A stretch of 64,000 nt of DNA. Source: Eledone cirrhosa (taxonomy: Eukaryota). The notes under the pieces are model-generated. The model was not told the origin of the DNA. It saw only the letters and a list, made by a program, of their open reading frames with translations, and searched no databases. The translations under genes and the position numbers were made by a program. Positions 25,847 to 39,755 of the stretch are shown piece after piece. The DNA lies in assembly GCA_964016885.1 (NCBI GenBank), contig OZ024747.1, positions 46,004,001 to 46,068,000 on the forward strand. Reading direction: 5' to 3'. How positions within the stretch are numbered: position 1 is the stretch's first letter; the number at the start of each line of letters is the position of its first letter.

Positions 25847-26025
25847 AATTGTTTTTACTTTTGGCTCAAGACTAGCAATTACCCAGTACATTACTGGTAC
25901 TTTATTTTATCGACCCCGTAAGGATGAAAGTCAAAGTTAACCTCGACGGGATGTAAACTCAAACTGTAAAGGGAGGTAACTATGCTAGAAAGCATTGTAT
26001 CCAACCCTCTAGTGATACTGCCAGT
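25847..26025 (-). mobile_element. SINE copy
   Basis: Reverse complement of the SINE core and tail. Confidence 0.85.
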
Positions 26026-26380
26026 TGAGATATGTACATATTTGTGAGTGGGTGTGTGCCTGCTTGTGCGTGTGCGCACTTATATATCTCTTTATATAAA
26101 ATATATGTTACCATTAAAATGATGGATGAATATAAAATCCAAGGAAAATATTAATTCAAATATTTGTATTATTTGAATATTAGAAATCATATCAACACCC
26201 ATAACAACAACACCAACACCACCACCCACAAATAAACAGCCATAACAACAACACCAACACCACCACCCACAAATAAACACCCATAACAACAACACCAATA
26301 CCACCACCACCACCCACCACAAATAAACACCCATTAAAACTTATTGAATCAAGCTCATTCGGAATTGTTACACTTATCGG

Positions 26381-26417
<37 letters not shown>

Positions 26418-26516
26418 TATAAATATATATATATATGTGGGGGGGGGTGTAAAAGGTAAACAGAAATAACAACACAATCGGTACAGTATATCGAAGGTAT
26501 ATATGAGGTTAACGCT

Positions 26517-26544
<28 letters not shown>

Positions 26545-26547
<3 letters not shown>

Positions 26548-26730
26548 TAATAAGAGGAATTCCAACTTTGTCTGATTTACTCGTTTTATTTACAATCCTT
26601 TAAAATTTATAATGGTATTATAATGAAATAGTATGATAGAAGAGTAAATCAGACAAAGTTGGAATTCCTCTTATTAATATAATCTTCTATACACAATCAT
26701 ACACACCCGTGTATATTTATCTATCTATCT
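26545..26730. mobile_element. Miniature fold-back derivative of the 5552-10672 PLE pLTR
   Basis: First ~95 bp match 5552-5650; the rest matches the inverted segment 10575-10670; flanked by (TA)n. Confidence 0.9.
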
Positions 26731-26745
26731 ATATATATATATATA

Positions 26746-28462
26746 TTTATTCAGGTTTCAGGTTTACCACTGTATAGAGCTGGTCTATTCCGTATGGTCA
26801 ATCGTAATGCAATAATATAGAGAGTACTCAACGTAAAGCAGTTCAACTGTCTTTGTTTTTGTAGTTGGTGGTGCTATTACGGAGTTAAATATTATAATGG
26901 AATGACAGGAGGCTGGATTTTTGTAAATCCTTGAAAGGTTTATTATACTATGATCATTTCAATGACCGGGTTCCGTATGAATCCGGTGATATCATCAGGT
27001 ATTCGAAATATAATACGTGAATGTAATAGATAAAATCCATGGGGTTGAAAATCGAGGGCCCGGGGGCGACCGCTATTCTGTTCCTTCAACCTCAGCCGGT
27101 CGCCCTCGAGTGACGTGGCTAAAGTTTATAGTATGCTACTACCGGTCAGATAAACGAAAACAGAAAGGGATGGGAACATAAGTTAGCGTCAATCTCATGA
27201 CACAAGGTAAAAGAAAGAAAGGAAGGAGAGAGAAGAAGGGGGAAGAAAGAAGAAGAGAAGCCAGGGTTAATGTCAGCTAAAAGAAGAAATGCAACTACTA
27301 TCGGTCAGATATAGGCAAGCAAGAGGGGGAAGGAAGATAAGTCTGCGGGAGGAAGGCAGGAAGAGGGAAGAAGAGAAGGAAGAGAAGAGAGAAGTAAAAA
27401 AGTAAGGGTTGATGGCTACAAGAAGGAAGATAGAAAGAAAGAGGAAGAAAGGTCGATATTAATGTCAGATCACAGTCAGGCCAGGAGTGGCGCGAGAAAA
27501 TGTTCACAGGGACCCGCATCTTAGCAGAGGTGAATATATTGGGAGTCAGTGTGTTACAATGTTTAGACTTCTAGGATGAAGTTAAAAAATTAATAATCAA
27601 TATTCAATATCAAAGAGGTTAGAAAATTTAAAGTTCAACAGTTTAACATTTTCAGGTTGATATATCTAATAGTTCCGATTTGTTCTGTAATTTAAAGGTA
27701 CTATGTGGCGGTTAAAACACCGGCCGCGCCCCGGGCCCCATGGCGAATTAAGCTACGCCGAGTATTTTCATTTACCGAAAGAAGGGGAAATTTATTTTTC
27801 CAAGCACTCCAGGTAAGCTCGTGCGCCAGGGAGCTGGTCGCGCCGCCGTTAAAACCCACCCAACAGTCCGACAGAAAGTTGGAACTTTAAAATTTTGTTT
27901 AGAGGAGTAGAAAAGTAATGGTTGATGGCTACAAGAAGTAAGATAGAAAGAGAGAGGAAGGAAGGTCGACATTAATGTCAGACCACAGTCAGGCCAGGAG
28001 TGGCGCGAGAAAATGTTCACAGGGACCCGCATCTTAGCAGAGGTGAATATATTGGGAGTCAGTGTGTTACAATGTTTAGACTTATAGGATGAAGTTAAAA
28101 AATTAATAATCAATATTCAATATTAAAGAGGTTAGAAAATTTAAAGTTCAACAGTTTAACATTTTCAGGTTGATATATCTAATAGTTCCGATTTGTTCTG
28201 TTTTCGTTTATCTGACCGGTAGTAGCATACTATAAACTTTAGCCACGTCACTCGAGGGCGACCGGCTGAGGTTGAAGGAACACAATAGCGGTCGCCCTCG
28301 GGCCCTCCATTTTCAGCCCCATGGATTTTATCTATTACATTCACGTATTATATTTCGAATACCTGATGATATCACCGGATTCATACGGAACCCGGTCATT
28401 GAAATGATCATAGTATAATAAACCTTTCAAGGATTTACAAAAATCCAGCCTCCTGTCATTTC

Positions 28463-28471
<9 letters not shown>
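26746..28471 (-). mobile_element. Non-coding PLE-like element with ~277-bp terminal inverted arms bearing HHRs and an internal ~290-bp direct repeat
   Basis: Arms 26889-27165 / 28196-28471; direct repeats ~27399-27689 / ~27910-28200; HHR atac CTGATGA..accgg..ccggt..GAAA tgatca TA gtat at 28359-28416 (+) and 26945-27002 (-); (TA)n flanks. Confidence 0.85.
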
Positions 28472-28520
<49 letters not shown>

Positions 28521-28624
28521 TGCAGACAAAGCGAGGTTTCACATTAAGGTCTTTATTGATTATACACAGTTACGACCGTTTCACAGATGTAAAATTAAGT
28601 ATTATGTATGTTTCTCTTATAAAT

Positions 28625-28722
28625 AATTGTTTCTACTTTAGGCACAAGGCCAGCAATTACCCAGTACATTACTGGTACTTTATTTTATCGACCCCGTAAG
28701 GATGGAAGGCAAAGTTAACCTC
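28625..28722 (-). mobile_element. SINE 3' half
   Basis: Core and tail match the other copies. Confidence 0.85.
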
Positions 28723-29144
28723 AAATAATGTAACTAAAAGTTCCTCTGTTACGTACAGTCGAGCTCTTCCTTCTGATGAAGGAGCTCCACGAGGTTAGGT
28801 GGCTGATGCAGCAGGTGTCGCTGGCCATTGTCCGCGTGGCGCAGCCCATTTACCGCCACGCCTTAGGCCCAGAGCCGAATCATCCTCCCTCCCGCTTCTC
28901 ATTCTTCTGTGACACTATAGTGCTTGCCATTTCCGTCCCTATCCTTTTTTTTCTTTTTCTTTACATTTTCTTATTTTACATTCCATTCTTTCTTCTCAAT
29001 CTAAATTTCCCTTTTTTCTTTTTCTATTAAACTGTATTTCCATGGTATATTACATGAATAAATTATGGTTCCTATTCGTGAAAAATAACTAAAAGATAAG
29101 TGATATACATCTCTTAATTCACACTTTACCTTTGCTCTCATTGG

Positions 29145-29740
29145 GTGATTGATAGCCTGCGTATCGGGGTTTCCCAGAGGATTGGCCTCCGGATCTGCGA
29201 ACCACACAAATGCTGCTGCAGATCCACCATGGACTCTTTCGGCATCCACCCGCTTTCCTATATCTACTGTGTCAGCTGCCTTCCACGCTATGCTGCGCTC
29301 AACGAGTTCATAAAGCAAGGCTTGGATGCTGCAGTCTTCCACTCTCAGCTCGAGTCGGTGAGGCCGACGAAAGGCCAGATGGTATAACCATCTTCCCGTT
29401 CCGCGATGGTAAACCCCTCGTCTGGGTTACCACTTGCAGCGACATATTCTCCAACGGTAACTTGGTGCAGTCTGCGACTAACTCAGATTCTGCTGCACTT
29501 CGGGTCGAGGAGGGTAAACTCTCCAAGTATCGGTCGCTCTCCGACAGGTTTGCAGTCGAGCCCCTAGCAATGGAGACGTCTGGTTTTCTTGACTACCCCC
29601 GTACTTACCCCCATGGGCGCTGAGCTAGTTAACCGCAGGTGTGAGCCTCGCGAGATGGAATGGCTCTTCCAGCGCATCTCCCCTACCATCCTCCGGGGAA
29701 ACGCCTACTCCATTCTTCTGTCCAGAGGGGCCGTGGGGCA
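29145..29740 (+). pseudogene. CRE-like non-LTR retrotransposon 3' fragment (RLE domain), frameshifted
   Basis: LRIG..ICEPHKCCC..HPLS, RPDGITIFPFRDGKPLVW, PLAMETSG, WLFQRIS..ILRGNA; homologous to 58440-58980. Confidence 0.8.
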
Positions 29741-30819
29741 GCCAGCACGTGGGACCTCATTTGCTCATAACAGAGAGAGAGATGGGGAGAGCGAGAGAGA
29801 TGGAGGCGATGGCAGTGGGAGTTTGGGTGTTCTGTGTTCGGACCTGGTTTGCAGCGTCAGTTGTCCATAAGGAGGTAGTGATTCATCTACTATTGTCTAG
29901 GGCACTAATTTCACGGGGTGACCCTGGATGTCACTAAAAGTGAGAAATAGATTCAACTAGTTGGTCAGGACTGGAATGTTTTTGATTATAGATCACCCCA
30001 ATTAGGGTAGGCCAAGTAGTAAATAACAGCAAATTAAATCCTATTGGATTTGAACTTCCATTCCTTTCAGGTGAGATTCAATAACAATGTAATACATTTA
30101 GTCAAACAATCCACTGTATCTGCCAAGTTACCATCCTTAAAATAATTAAGTCATATTGATTTAAAGCAAGTAACATAGAAAATGCAATGAAATCTTCAAG
30201 AAATATGTTGAAGAGATGGAGTTGATAAAAGCAGTAGTGTGTATTAATTAAATAGGCCTACAGCAAGTAAAGTACTTTTCCATCAAGATATTGGCTGCAT
30301 TCCAGATTGCATAATCTGTATCAGCATGTGGGACTTTACACATGTAAATATTGTTAAACCAAAGCAAGATTGCTGAGAACAAAGCAGATAACTTTCGTTT
30401 AATATCATATCTCCAGCGACAAACTTGTTAATACATAGTCATTGTCATGTGAAGCACGAACACTGACGCATACACAAGGGACATGTACAATATTGACATT
30501 TCCTTAGATTTAGATAATATTTGATTTTTGCATCTTTTCGCTGATGATGATCTTAAACATGACTGAATTATATAGAGAGATTCAAACTCAGGTTTGATAT
30601 TTTTTTTTAATTACTGACTTGATTTATTAATCATTCTTAAGTGAACTTTTAATTACAGTTACTATTAATACGAATAAAAATACTAATGATTCATCCTTTC
30701 ACACCACAATATTTCCATTTAAGGATATGACTAGTAGCTACAGTGCAATAACAGTATATACATATTTTACTGGAATTTGTTAAATGGAGCCTGGAGATTT
30801 AAATACATACTAAATTTAA

Positions 30820-30896
<77 letters not shown>

Positions 30897-31055
30897 AAAG
30901 GTAAACAGAAATAACATCACAATCGGTACAGTAAATGGAGGGAATATATTAGGTTAACAATTGAAATAGCAGGAATAGGGTCTTAACATTTCGGACGCTA
31001 GTCCTTTATCAGAGGAAAGAATGAGAAATTTAAAAGATTGAAGGCACGGGCGGAT

Positions 31056-31124
<69 letters not shown>

Positions 31125-31213
31125 CTCTACGGTTCTTATATATTTGATATATATTTATCCTTATCGAGCCCTCTTTGGATTTTAGTCTTCAAATTTATTA
31201 TTATTACTCTCTC

Positions 31214-31296
<83 letters not shown>

Positions 31297-31371
31297 GGTA
31301 AGCAGAAATGTGTGTGTGTTATTATACGTCCGTACGAAGCTATGAGCAAATGTTAATATAAGGGTGTGTAT

Positions 31372-33768
31372 TAGGCATATTCCTAAAGTACACTTTTGTT
31401 AAAAATATAAATGAGCATGCCATTTTCAGATGAACTTTTACTAGAAAATACTTGTGAGCATGTTAAAAAATATTAGAATTTTAAAAAACTCTTGCACAAG
31501 GTAGATTCTCAAACATTGATTAACTAATATAGAATTGCATATACAATATAGGTGTGTATGTAATAAAAATATAGTGTGCAATTTAACAGTTTATAAAATA
31601 TAGTATTCTTCTTCAAATTGTTTAATGGATCAACTTTATTGCTTGTTCATCACTTATTTGCCAGTTTAATCTGTTCATAAAATTCATTAAATACATAAAT
31701 AGAATAAATTAAAATTTGCGAGGTATATTTATTACTATATTTTAATATTTATAAGTATATTATATTAATATTATAAATTTCAGATGTATAAAAATCCAGT
31801 TGCTAAAGAGGAAAGTAAAAAGATTTGGGCACAAAATATTTGTCATTTTGAGAAGAGAAAGAAATCTAGGAAAACGAAAATTCAAAGTTCATTAATCGAA
31901 TTATGCAAGCTACCTACTGAGAGCAACAGATCGTTGATAGATATATCACTCTTGCTGCTGAAGAGAAAAATACCCAAAAAAGAATTAAGATAATTACTGG
32001 AGAATGTGAAAGTTTATGGGAAAAGTTCATCTTTCCAACTATCAACAAACTTTCAATACCTCGAAAAATTGAAAAAATAATTTTAAAAAAAAAGGAAAAA
32101 GAAGTGAAAAGACCTGGCTCTGCGAATTTCAATAATCTGTTTGACATTACAAAAAGCTATGGGATATGGATAGCAGCCGAAGATTTGTCATTTTATGAAA
32201 AGTTGAGAGTTGTGGAAAGGTTGGGTATACTACAATGAAAATAGACAGTGAAAAGAAAATCCATCCTTCTAAGAGAATTAAAAACAAAAAAAAACAAGAA
32301 CTAGATCATGATAAGCCATCCTGCTCATACATTCATCTGGACTCAAATGAAAGTTACAGTGACACCGATACAAATACCAGCGATTACAAATCTTCACCTT
32401 CACCTTCACCAGAAAAAAAAAACGAAAAAGAGAAAACACAGCTCATGCTGTTTACCTAGTAAGAAATACTAAATTACCTAGTAGAAAAGCAGCAGCAGTT
32501 TGCAACGAATTTAAAAGTGGTGGTATTAAGGTGAGCACTCTGAGTAAGTCGGCAATGCACAAAGCAGTTATCAGAGAAGGTGAGAAACTCATGGAAAAGT
32601 TTAAAAATGAACTCAAAAGGGAAAAATGGAGCCTTCATTTTGATGGAAAACGAATGAGAGACGTAGAATATCAGGTTGTAGTGATACAAAATGATGAGAA
32701 AGAAATACGCCTGAGGCCGATGGCATTAACCGATGGAAAGGCTCTTACTATATTTAATGGATTGAAAAAAGTTATTGACAAATATGAATTGTGGGAATCT
32801 ATCGTGATGATAGTCTCCGACACAACTAGTGTCAATACCGGCAAAAAGGCAGGAGTTGTTGCCATGCTCAACAGTGATTTCTCGCATCGCGGTTACAGCA
32901 AGCCATTATATGTTGGATGCCAGCACCACATTTTTGACCGTGCATTGCAAGTTTATTTTGATCAACTATATAGTAGCAAAACAACTTCGCCATATATCAA
33001 TTATTACTTTGTTGAGGCCATTTTAAAGAACTATGACGAACTGAAGCAGAACTTTTCAAATGGAATGACGGAAATTAATGAAACCCCGACGCGCTGGAGA
33101 AGTGACATGGATTTCCTTCAGCATCTCATGATAGCCGTGCAACATTTCTTTGAAAACGGTGCGTTTCCTAAAATAAATTTTAAGAAATTACCTAATTTTC
33201 ACAATGCTCGTTGGAATAGCCGAGCAATTTATTTGTTGCTTGGGTTTATTTTGATGCCTGATGAACGAGCGAAGCTGCGCGCTGGTGCCGAATACACCTG
33301 CGGAATGTGGGGAAAAATGTGGTTCTCAAGTCAACTGTATAGAGCTGACATCAAGCAGAAACTCATTGACCAACTAATTAAGGCCAAGTGTGAAAATGCT
33401 GCAAACATCGTCAGAAAACTTGGGTCTAATGAAGAATCTCCAATTGTGACGCAACGCTCGAACATTTGCGCTGAGCGAGCTGTAAAAGTTGTGCAGGATC
33501 TTTTGGCATTTTGTAAAAGTAGTAGAACCTTAGAGATTAAATTTTGTCTAACTAATAATTAAAATTAATTTTTTATTGTCATAATATATTGTTTTAGGTA
33601 TTTATTTTATGGGACTGGCTAATTACCAAAAAATTAAAAATATAATTTAGTATGTTCAAGAATTTTTTTCAAAATTTACAAAAAAACTACTGTAATTCTT
33701 TCTTTATGACAAAATCCTCATTAGAAAATAGCATGCTAATATGGGGTTGTAAAAAAGTCATATGCCTA
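31372..33768 (+). mobile_element. hAT-type (hATm-like) DNA transposon
   Basis: TIR TAGGCATAT (31372-31380) / ATATGCCTA (33760-33768); inverted subterminal agcatgcyattttc; 8-bp TSD gtgtgtat / gtgtttat. Confidence 0.85.
31784..33562 (+). pseudogene. Transposase; N-terminus frameshifted, catalytic part open (32531-33562)
   Basis: LHFDGK, VSDTTSVNTG, CQHH (CxxH), HNARW, ICAERAVK: DDE plus CxxH signature. Confidence 0.85.
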
Positions 33769-33906
33769 GTGTTTATGTGTGTATACAGAGCAGTGAAGGG
33801 AAAAGTGAAGTGAGCATATATAGACAGCATGTATTAGTCGTAAGAGAAGATGTTAATGATCAAGAGAAAGTGATAGGAATCTAGGGGTGTCATAATGGAC
33901 GGGGTA

Positions 33907-34200
33907 TTAGAGAAATTGGGGAGATGAGTTGAGTCCAAGAGGGGAATAGGCCCCAAGGCGGTGAATCAGACTTTGTTCAGTCCTGGTACGCGAGGCCTGT
34001 GATCCATGATTTAAAAGGACAACCAGGACTGAAACATGTAGGAAAGAATGACCAGGAGAACAGAAATGACGGGCGATAGGAGTATCCAAACCGAGTCGTA
34101 TGTCCCTCAAATGCTCGGCAAAAGGCTCCGCCATACGGCGTCCCGTTTGTCCGATATATAAAGACCCGCAAAGGGAACACGGGAACACTGAAGGGCATAG
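33907..34200 (-). pseudogene. PLE GIY-YIG endonuclease fragment (3' end of another PLE)
   Basis: CSLCGSLYIGQTGRRMAEPFAEH...PIARHF...EQSLIHRLGAYSPLGLN. Confidence 0.85.
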
Positions 34201-34813
34201 ACGAGAGAGATAAAGAACGAAAAGAGAGAGTAAGAGAGATTTAAAGAGCGAGAAAGACAAATAAAGGGATAGAGGTAGAGATAAAGTGCGAGGGAGAGAG
34301 ATAGCGTTTCATAGGGATTTACTGTCAAAATGCTACTCACGAATAGCTGTGTCAGATGTGTGTAGAATCTATTGGTAAACAGGATTATTTCCTCATGTCT
34401 AAATGTCTCGTGTGTTTGGCTTTAGTCAACCGTACACATAGGTATGTTTCAGACTAAAAGACTCGTACTAGGCGCAGCTGAAGTATGGCCCTGCAGATTT
34501 CTTTCGTAAGTTCATTCTGATGAGCTCATGTCTCCATATCTCCTCCTTATTATTCCTGCGCCGACAAACTACCCATACCACAAATAGAAATGTGACTGAA
34601 AATGATGCCACGGATCGTCACTTCTCCATCCTAAAAACAGGGGCACAAGTGCATGGACGGGTGTGTACCTCTGCTTCAATATCTCTGCATGGTTTGGGGA
34701 TATACTTTCGGTAACAAAGAAGAGGGTTTTCCTCATATATCTAGTAGGGAATATTTCAGTTGTTCCTTCAACGGTATTTGAAATCTCCCGCTAATTTTGT
34801 GAGACAGTATAGA

Positions 34814-34848
<35 letters not shown>

Positions 34849-35436
34849 AAAATATTTGCTTGTGCCTAGTCGTAAGGCAATCTGAGGTTCTACTTCGTAA
34901 CGTTTCTTTCCTACATTGACTCTTTCTACGGGAATAGATATATATCCAAATATGATTTATCGTGTTTCTAAAGCTAGCAATGGTGCAACTAATATATGAA
35001 ATAGGAAAAATATTTTCGTTGGAGTAAAAATAAATATGTTTCAATACTGTTACTGTTTTTTGAAGTAGTAGAAGTTGGTGTTGATGTTGATAATACTTCT
35101 GCCTTGGGTCATCAAACTGGTATTTTTTCTCTTAAAATACAGTTGTTGTTTGTATAAGTTCATGTAAAACCTAAATGTCTTGCAAAGCAATGAAAATATC
35201 AGTCTTTTACTTGCTTTTGTGTGTATGTGTGCAAACTATGTCTTTACGGTTCATTGTCAATGTCAGCAATTCTTCGTTTATTATACGAATATTTCTAAAT
35301 TTGAATGTGACATAGAAGAAGGGATAAGGGTTCATTCCCTTCCTACCTTCAATAGCCTCTCTCTCCCATTCTCTCTCTTTATACATACATACACACACAT
35401 ACGCACACACAAATACGCACACACACACAGTATATA

Positions 35437-35515
<79 letters not shown>

Positions 35516-36109
35516 ATGCCAAGGAAAACGTTTTCCTTTTTTATGACTTAAGATTCCACCATATAGAACGAAGACAACTGAATGATAAAGAAACGAGTAT
35601 ACTTCAGAGTGAAAGAATTAGATGCTCTTCGTTGATATTCTGGGAGGAATTAATATTATGGAATTAAATATTTTTCCAGAACCCTCTGCTGAGCAATTTC
35701 TAGTAAAGAGAGCTTTGATACAAAATAAAGAAACAGAAATGATCTCCATTCAATTTCAATCGACAACACTGCTATCTAATTGATTATTCTCCAGCAGTTT
35801 TTTTGTTTTTTAGTTTTTTTTGTTTTTGTTTTTTTGTTAATACATACACAATTTCTTACTTTGATCGTTCTTGATTGAAAACTATTTCAAATATATGATG
35901 AATAAATATGTATGAGTATTTAGATGAATGAGAGAAAAAAAGCAATAACCACAAAAACAATAACAGCAACAACAAATCCAATAACAAATATTTAACAACA
36001 ACAATATTAGGAATGGGATTAACGAACAACTCCAACAGCTTTAACATCGATGACAGCATAAAGATAAACAACACTAAATGTATTAATGAGAAAACAGTGC
36101 ACCAATAAT

Positions 36110-36297
36110 AATGGTTTCTTATAGAGGCACAAGGCCAGCAAATTGGGGGAGGGGAAAGTCGATTAAATCGACCCCAGTGCGTGACTGGTACTTTATTTTA
36201 TCGACACCGTAAGGATGAAAGGCAAAGTCAACTTCGGCGGGATTTGAACTCAAACCATGGTGTCCGACTCTCTACCGATACTGCCAATCCACTGCCC
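36110..36297 (-). mobile_element. Full-length SINE copy (variant tail)
   Basis: A-box TGGCAGTATCGG, B-box GAGTTCAAATCC, core, tail ccttgtgcctctataagaaaccattatta. Confidence 0.88.
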
Positions 36298-36301
36298 TAC
36301 C

Positions 36302-36340
<39 letters not shown>

Positions 36341-36342
<2 letters not shown>

Positions 36343-39300
36343 TTTCTTTATTAACCACAAGGGTTTACATAAAGTAGACATTAAGGACAGTGCAGGACAA
36401 TGCAGGACGGTACAAATGGGCATTTCTGCGTGTAAAAAACAAAAACAGAGGATGTAACAAAAAATAACAATGAAAAATTCCCCAATAGGGGGCAGACTTC
36501 GGAGGGACATTTGTGGAGAAAGCCCAGTAAAAAGCCACAATGACCCTGACCACCAAGGCAAGTGCCCTCTCCCAGTTTTCCACCTTTAATTTACAGATAT
36601 ATACTCAGAGTAGGCCCATTCACTCGGGCCATTCTTGCTTCTCTCACCCATCTTTCAACAAAATGCTGGGAAGAGAGCACTTCCCTCTCTACTCTGATTT
36701 TCCTTTTCAAATGAAATTTGAAAAAGTCAATCAGAGCATCACCGAAGAGGTAAGTGCTCGTCTTCAGCCCTTTCAAACGTGTCCACCATACTATCTCTTT
36801 CACCATGGCCACCAGGCAGATAAAAACTGCCTGCCCTTCCCGGCTAAAGGAGGAGGGCGGGGCAATCCTCACGATGGACTCAGATGATAGCCGGATCCGT
36901 CCTAAACGCGACAGCAGGTGTTCGACATAAACCCACAAGTCAGCAATTTTCGGACACTGGACGAGTGCGTCGTGCAGGACGGTTTCGTCGCCCTGCGCGC
37001 ATCTCGGACATGCCCGGCTGACGGCACCTCCATGCCTGTAGAGTTTATCCCGAACTGGCAAGGCTCCTCGGTAGCACTGCCAGGCCAGGGATTTCTGGAA
37101 GTTGTCCATAGGCCCTGGCCCGAAAGTTCTTCCGAAGAGATTGGCTAGTTGATTTTCGTCGACGCCTAGAGTTTCCCCAAGTACGTCGTCGCTCTTTCCC
37201 TCCACTAATCCTCTATAGAACGCCGAGGTGGAGTTTCCACCGACCACATTGCCCGATTGGTCGAGGGCTGTGAGCGCCTGAAGACATTCCAGTCTCCAGG
37301 CGCTCCCTCTCGGTCTTCGCTTGACCCAGGACTGCAGCTCCGTCAAGGAAACGAGCTGGGGAAATACGTGTCTAGCAAACGGCGACCACACCTGATCACC
37401 GTCGAGGAAGAGGTGGAGATGTCGTAGCCTGAGCGCGTGCCTGCGCATCATCAGCCACGGCATGCCCAGCCCTCCACGTAGCGGGTGTTGACAACAGATG
37501 GACCGCCTGACCATCGGAGCACGTCCCTTCCACAAAAAGCGAAAGAGCAAACGCTCCAGCGCAGTCAGGCGAGGCTTAGGACAAGGTACGACGGTCAGGC
37601 GGTAGCAGATGACAGACGCGATGTACGCATTCGCCACCTCCGCTCGACCTTTCAGGGATAGCTTCCTCTCCGCCCATTTCTGGGTGAGAGAAGCCACCCT
37701 GCTCGTCACCTCGTCCCAGTTTTTGTCCGTCTGGAGGTCCGGACCGAACCAGACCCCTAGCAATTTAACCGGTCCGTCCGTCCAGCGCCCGACGACGCTG
37801 TTGGACGGCATGTACCTGCTTCTCCAGGTGCCGAGCTGCAGGCCCACTGACTTTTCCTGGTTGATCATTGCTCCTGTCACCGCTTCGTATTCTCTTAGTG
37901 TAGTGCCGATCGCCTCGATGTGTTTGGCGTTCGACACCACTACGGTGAAATCGTCCGCATATGCTGACACGGATCTTCCACATCCTAGTTCGCGCGGGAC
38001 TCCCCTCAACGTCTCCAGTTTGTGCAGTAATGGCTCGAGAGTCAATACGTACAAGAGGGACGAGAGGGGACATTCTTGGCGGACCGAGCGCATGATGTTG
38101 AACGGTTCCGACAGGTGACCGTTCACTCTCACCACAGAGCAGATGTCGCTGTGCATGGCAGCGATCCAGCCTCTGAAGACGGGCCCAAAGCCAGCCGCCC
38201 TCAGGACTGCCGCTAGGTAACGATGGTCGACCCTATCGAAAGCTTTCGACTGATCTAAATTGATCAAGGACCCACCCGTGCCAGGTTCCCTAGCTACCCT
38301 CTCTACGATGTATCGCATGAGGTGGAGGATGTCGTGGATGGATCTGTCGGGAATGGCGCATGTCTGCGCCTCTCCCACCAGACCACCAACGACAAGCGCC
38401 AACCTCTTTGCTAGCACCTTGGCTAAAATCTTGAACTCTGTGTTTAACAGTGTTATGGGCCGGAAATTATCTATGTTATCCCCCTTGTTCGGATCCTTTC
38501 TCAGCAGTGCCACCGCTCCTCGGCTCACAGAACTGGGAATTCTCCCGTTCTGTTGCCAGTTGCAGTAGACGTCCGCCAAGATGCCTCCGAACAAGTCTGG
38601 CATCTGTACGTAAAGTTCATAGGGCAGACCATCCAAACCAGGCGATTTACCCCTTGTGCAGCCAGTCATTGCCTCCCTTACTTCAGCGGCTGTTATCGGC
38701 TTTTCGCAACACTTCGCCTCAGTGGCCGAGAGCTGCGGCAGTCCGTCGAGGTAGACACTAAAGTCCATCCCTCTACCAAGCCCACCGCTGCCCCCGAACA
38801 GCTGAGCGAAGTGTCGCTGAAAAGCTTCACACATTTGCCCGGGATCGAGTAGCATGCGCCCGTCGTGGTCCACCAAAGACCGGATCGTGGCTTTGTTGCC
38901 ACGACGCGCCTCCGCCACTCGGGCTCATTGAACGGCTTTCGTCCCCTCGTGTCTGAGAGCACGCATCCTTGCTCTGACAACGCAGCCTTCGTGCTTTGCA
39001 TTGAAGAATTGGTCAAGGGCCAATTTCGCCGCAAGCACGTCGGTCGCAATGCCTTTGCTAAGCGCCTCGTCTAATTTTTTAACTAGTTCTCCCTCTGCTC
39101 TATTTTTCTCTATTGCTAAAGCCTTACTAAACCTAATCGATTCTATTCTAATCGCTCTTTTCAGAGCAAACCACCACTTGTTGTTGACGATGGCCCCCGT
39201 CAACGCCCGCTTAACTAGTTCGCTAATCCGGTCTCTGTAGGCCTTGCGCGCTGGTAAGGACGCGTTTAGCTTCCAGTAGCCGGGTCCTCGTCTATGAAGT

Positions 39301-39755
39301 CTATCTAAGTCAAGCACACAGATCACGAATTTGTGGTCCGTGTAGCTGACTATCTTGAATTTTGGACAGCCTATGCTAGACCTATCTATTTCCCTACAAA
39401 ATACTCTATCTAGATATGATCTGGATGACCCTATGCGATTTGTCCAAGTCCACATTGGCGCATTCGGGAAATCCAATCGGTACCTGTCAGACAGTTCAAA
39501 ACGCCTGAGCAGGTTGGTGAGGCTCTTGCACCCTTCACCCCTATCCGCTAATCCCACACAATCCCAGCGTGCATCTAAGATCCCGTTCCAGTCGCCCACT
39601 AACACTAAAGAGCGGGACGTTCCAAGAAAGGTCTCCAGACGCCGGAAGAAATCAGGCCGCCCTGCTCCTGTCGGGGCATAGACGGCCACTAGCCTGAAAG
39701 CTTGCCCGTCTCCGCTGGTCACGTTCAGCACCACCAGCTTACCCTCTGGGTCCAG
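36341..39755 (-). mobile_element. 5'-truncated Tx1-like LINE, copy C (ORF2 only), in (TAA)n
   Basis: APE (LVGDWN, YTDH), RT (AYADD) and CCHC, one in-frame stop near 38925; (AAT)13 at the 3' end and (AAT)4 at the truncated 5' end. Confidence 0.93.

Noticed and set aside
26210-26335. ~38-bp x3 CA-rich minisatellite; also a ~75-bp duplication at 45457-45595
   Set aside because: Ordinary local tandem duplications.
30240-30560. Possible host exon or membrane-protein remnant
   Set aside because: No sustained ORF or recognisable motif.
34380-34815. Possible APE endonuclease remnant (LAGDF on the minus strand) or host exon
   Set aside because: One short motif amid stops; cannot be supported without a search.
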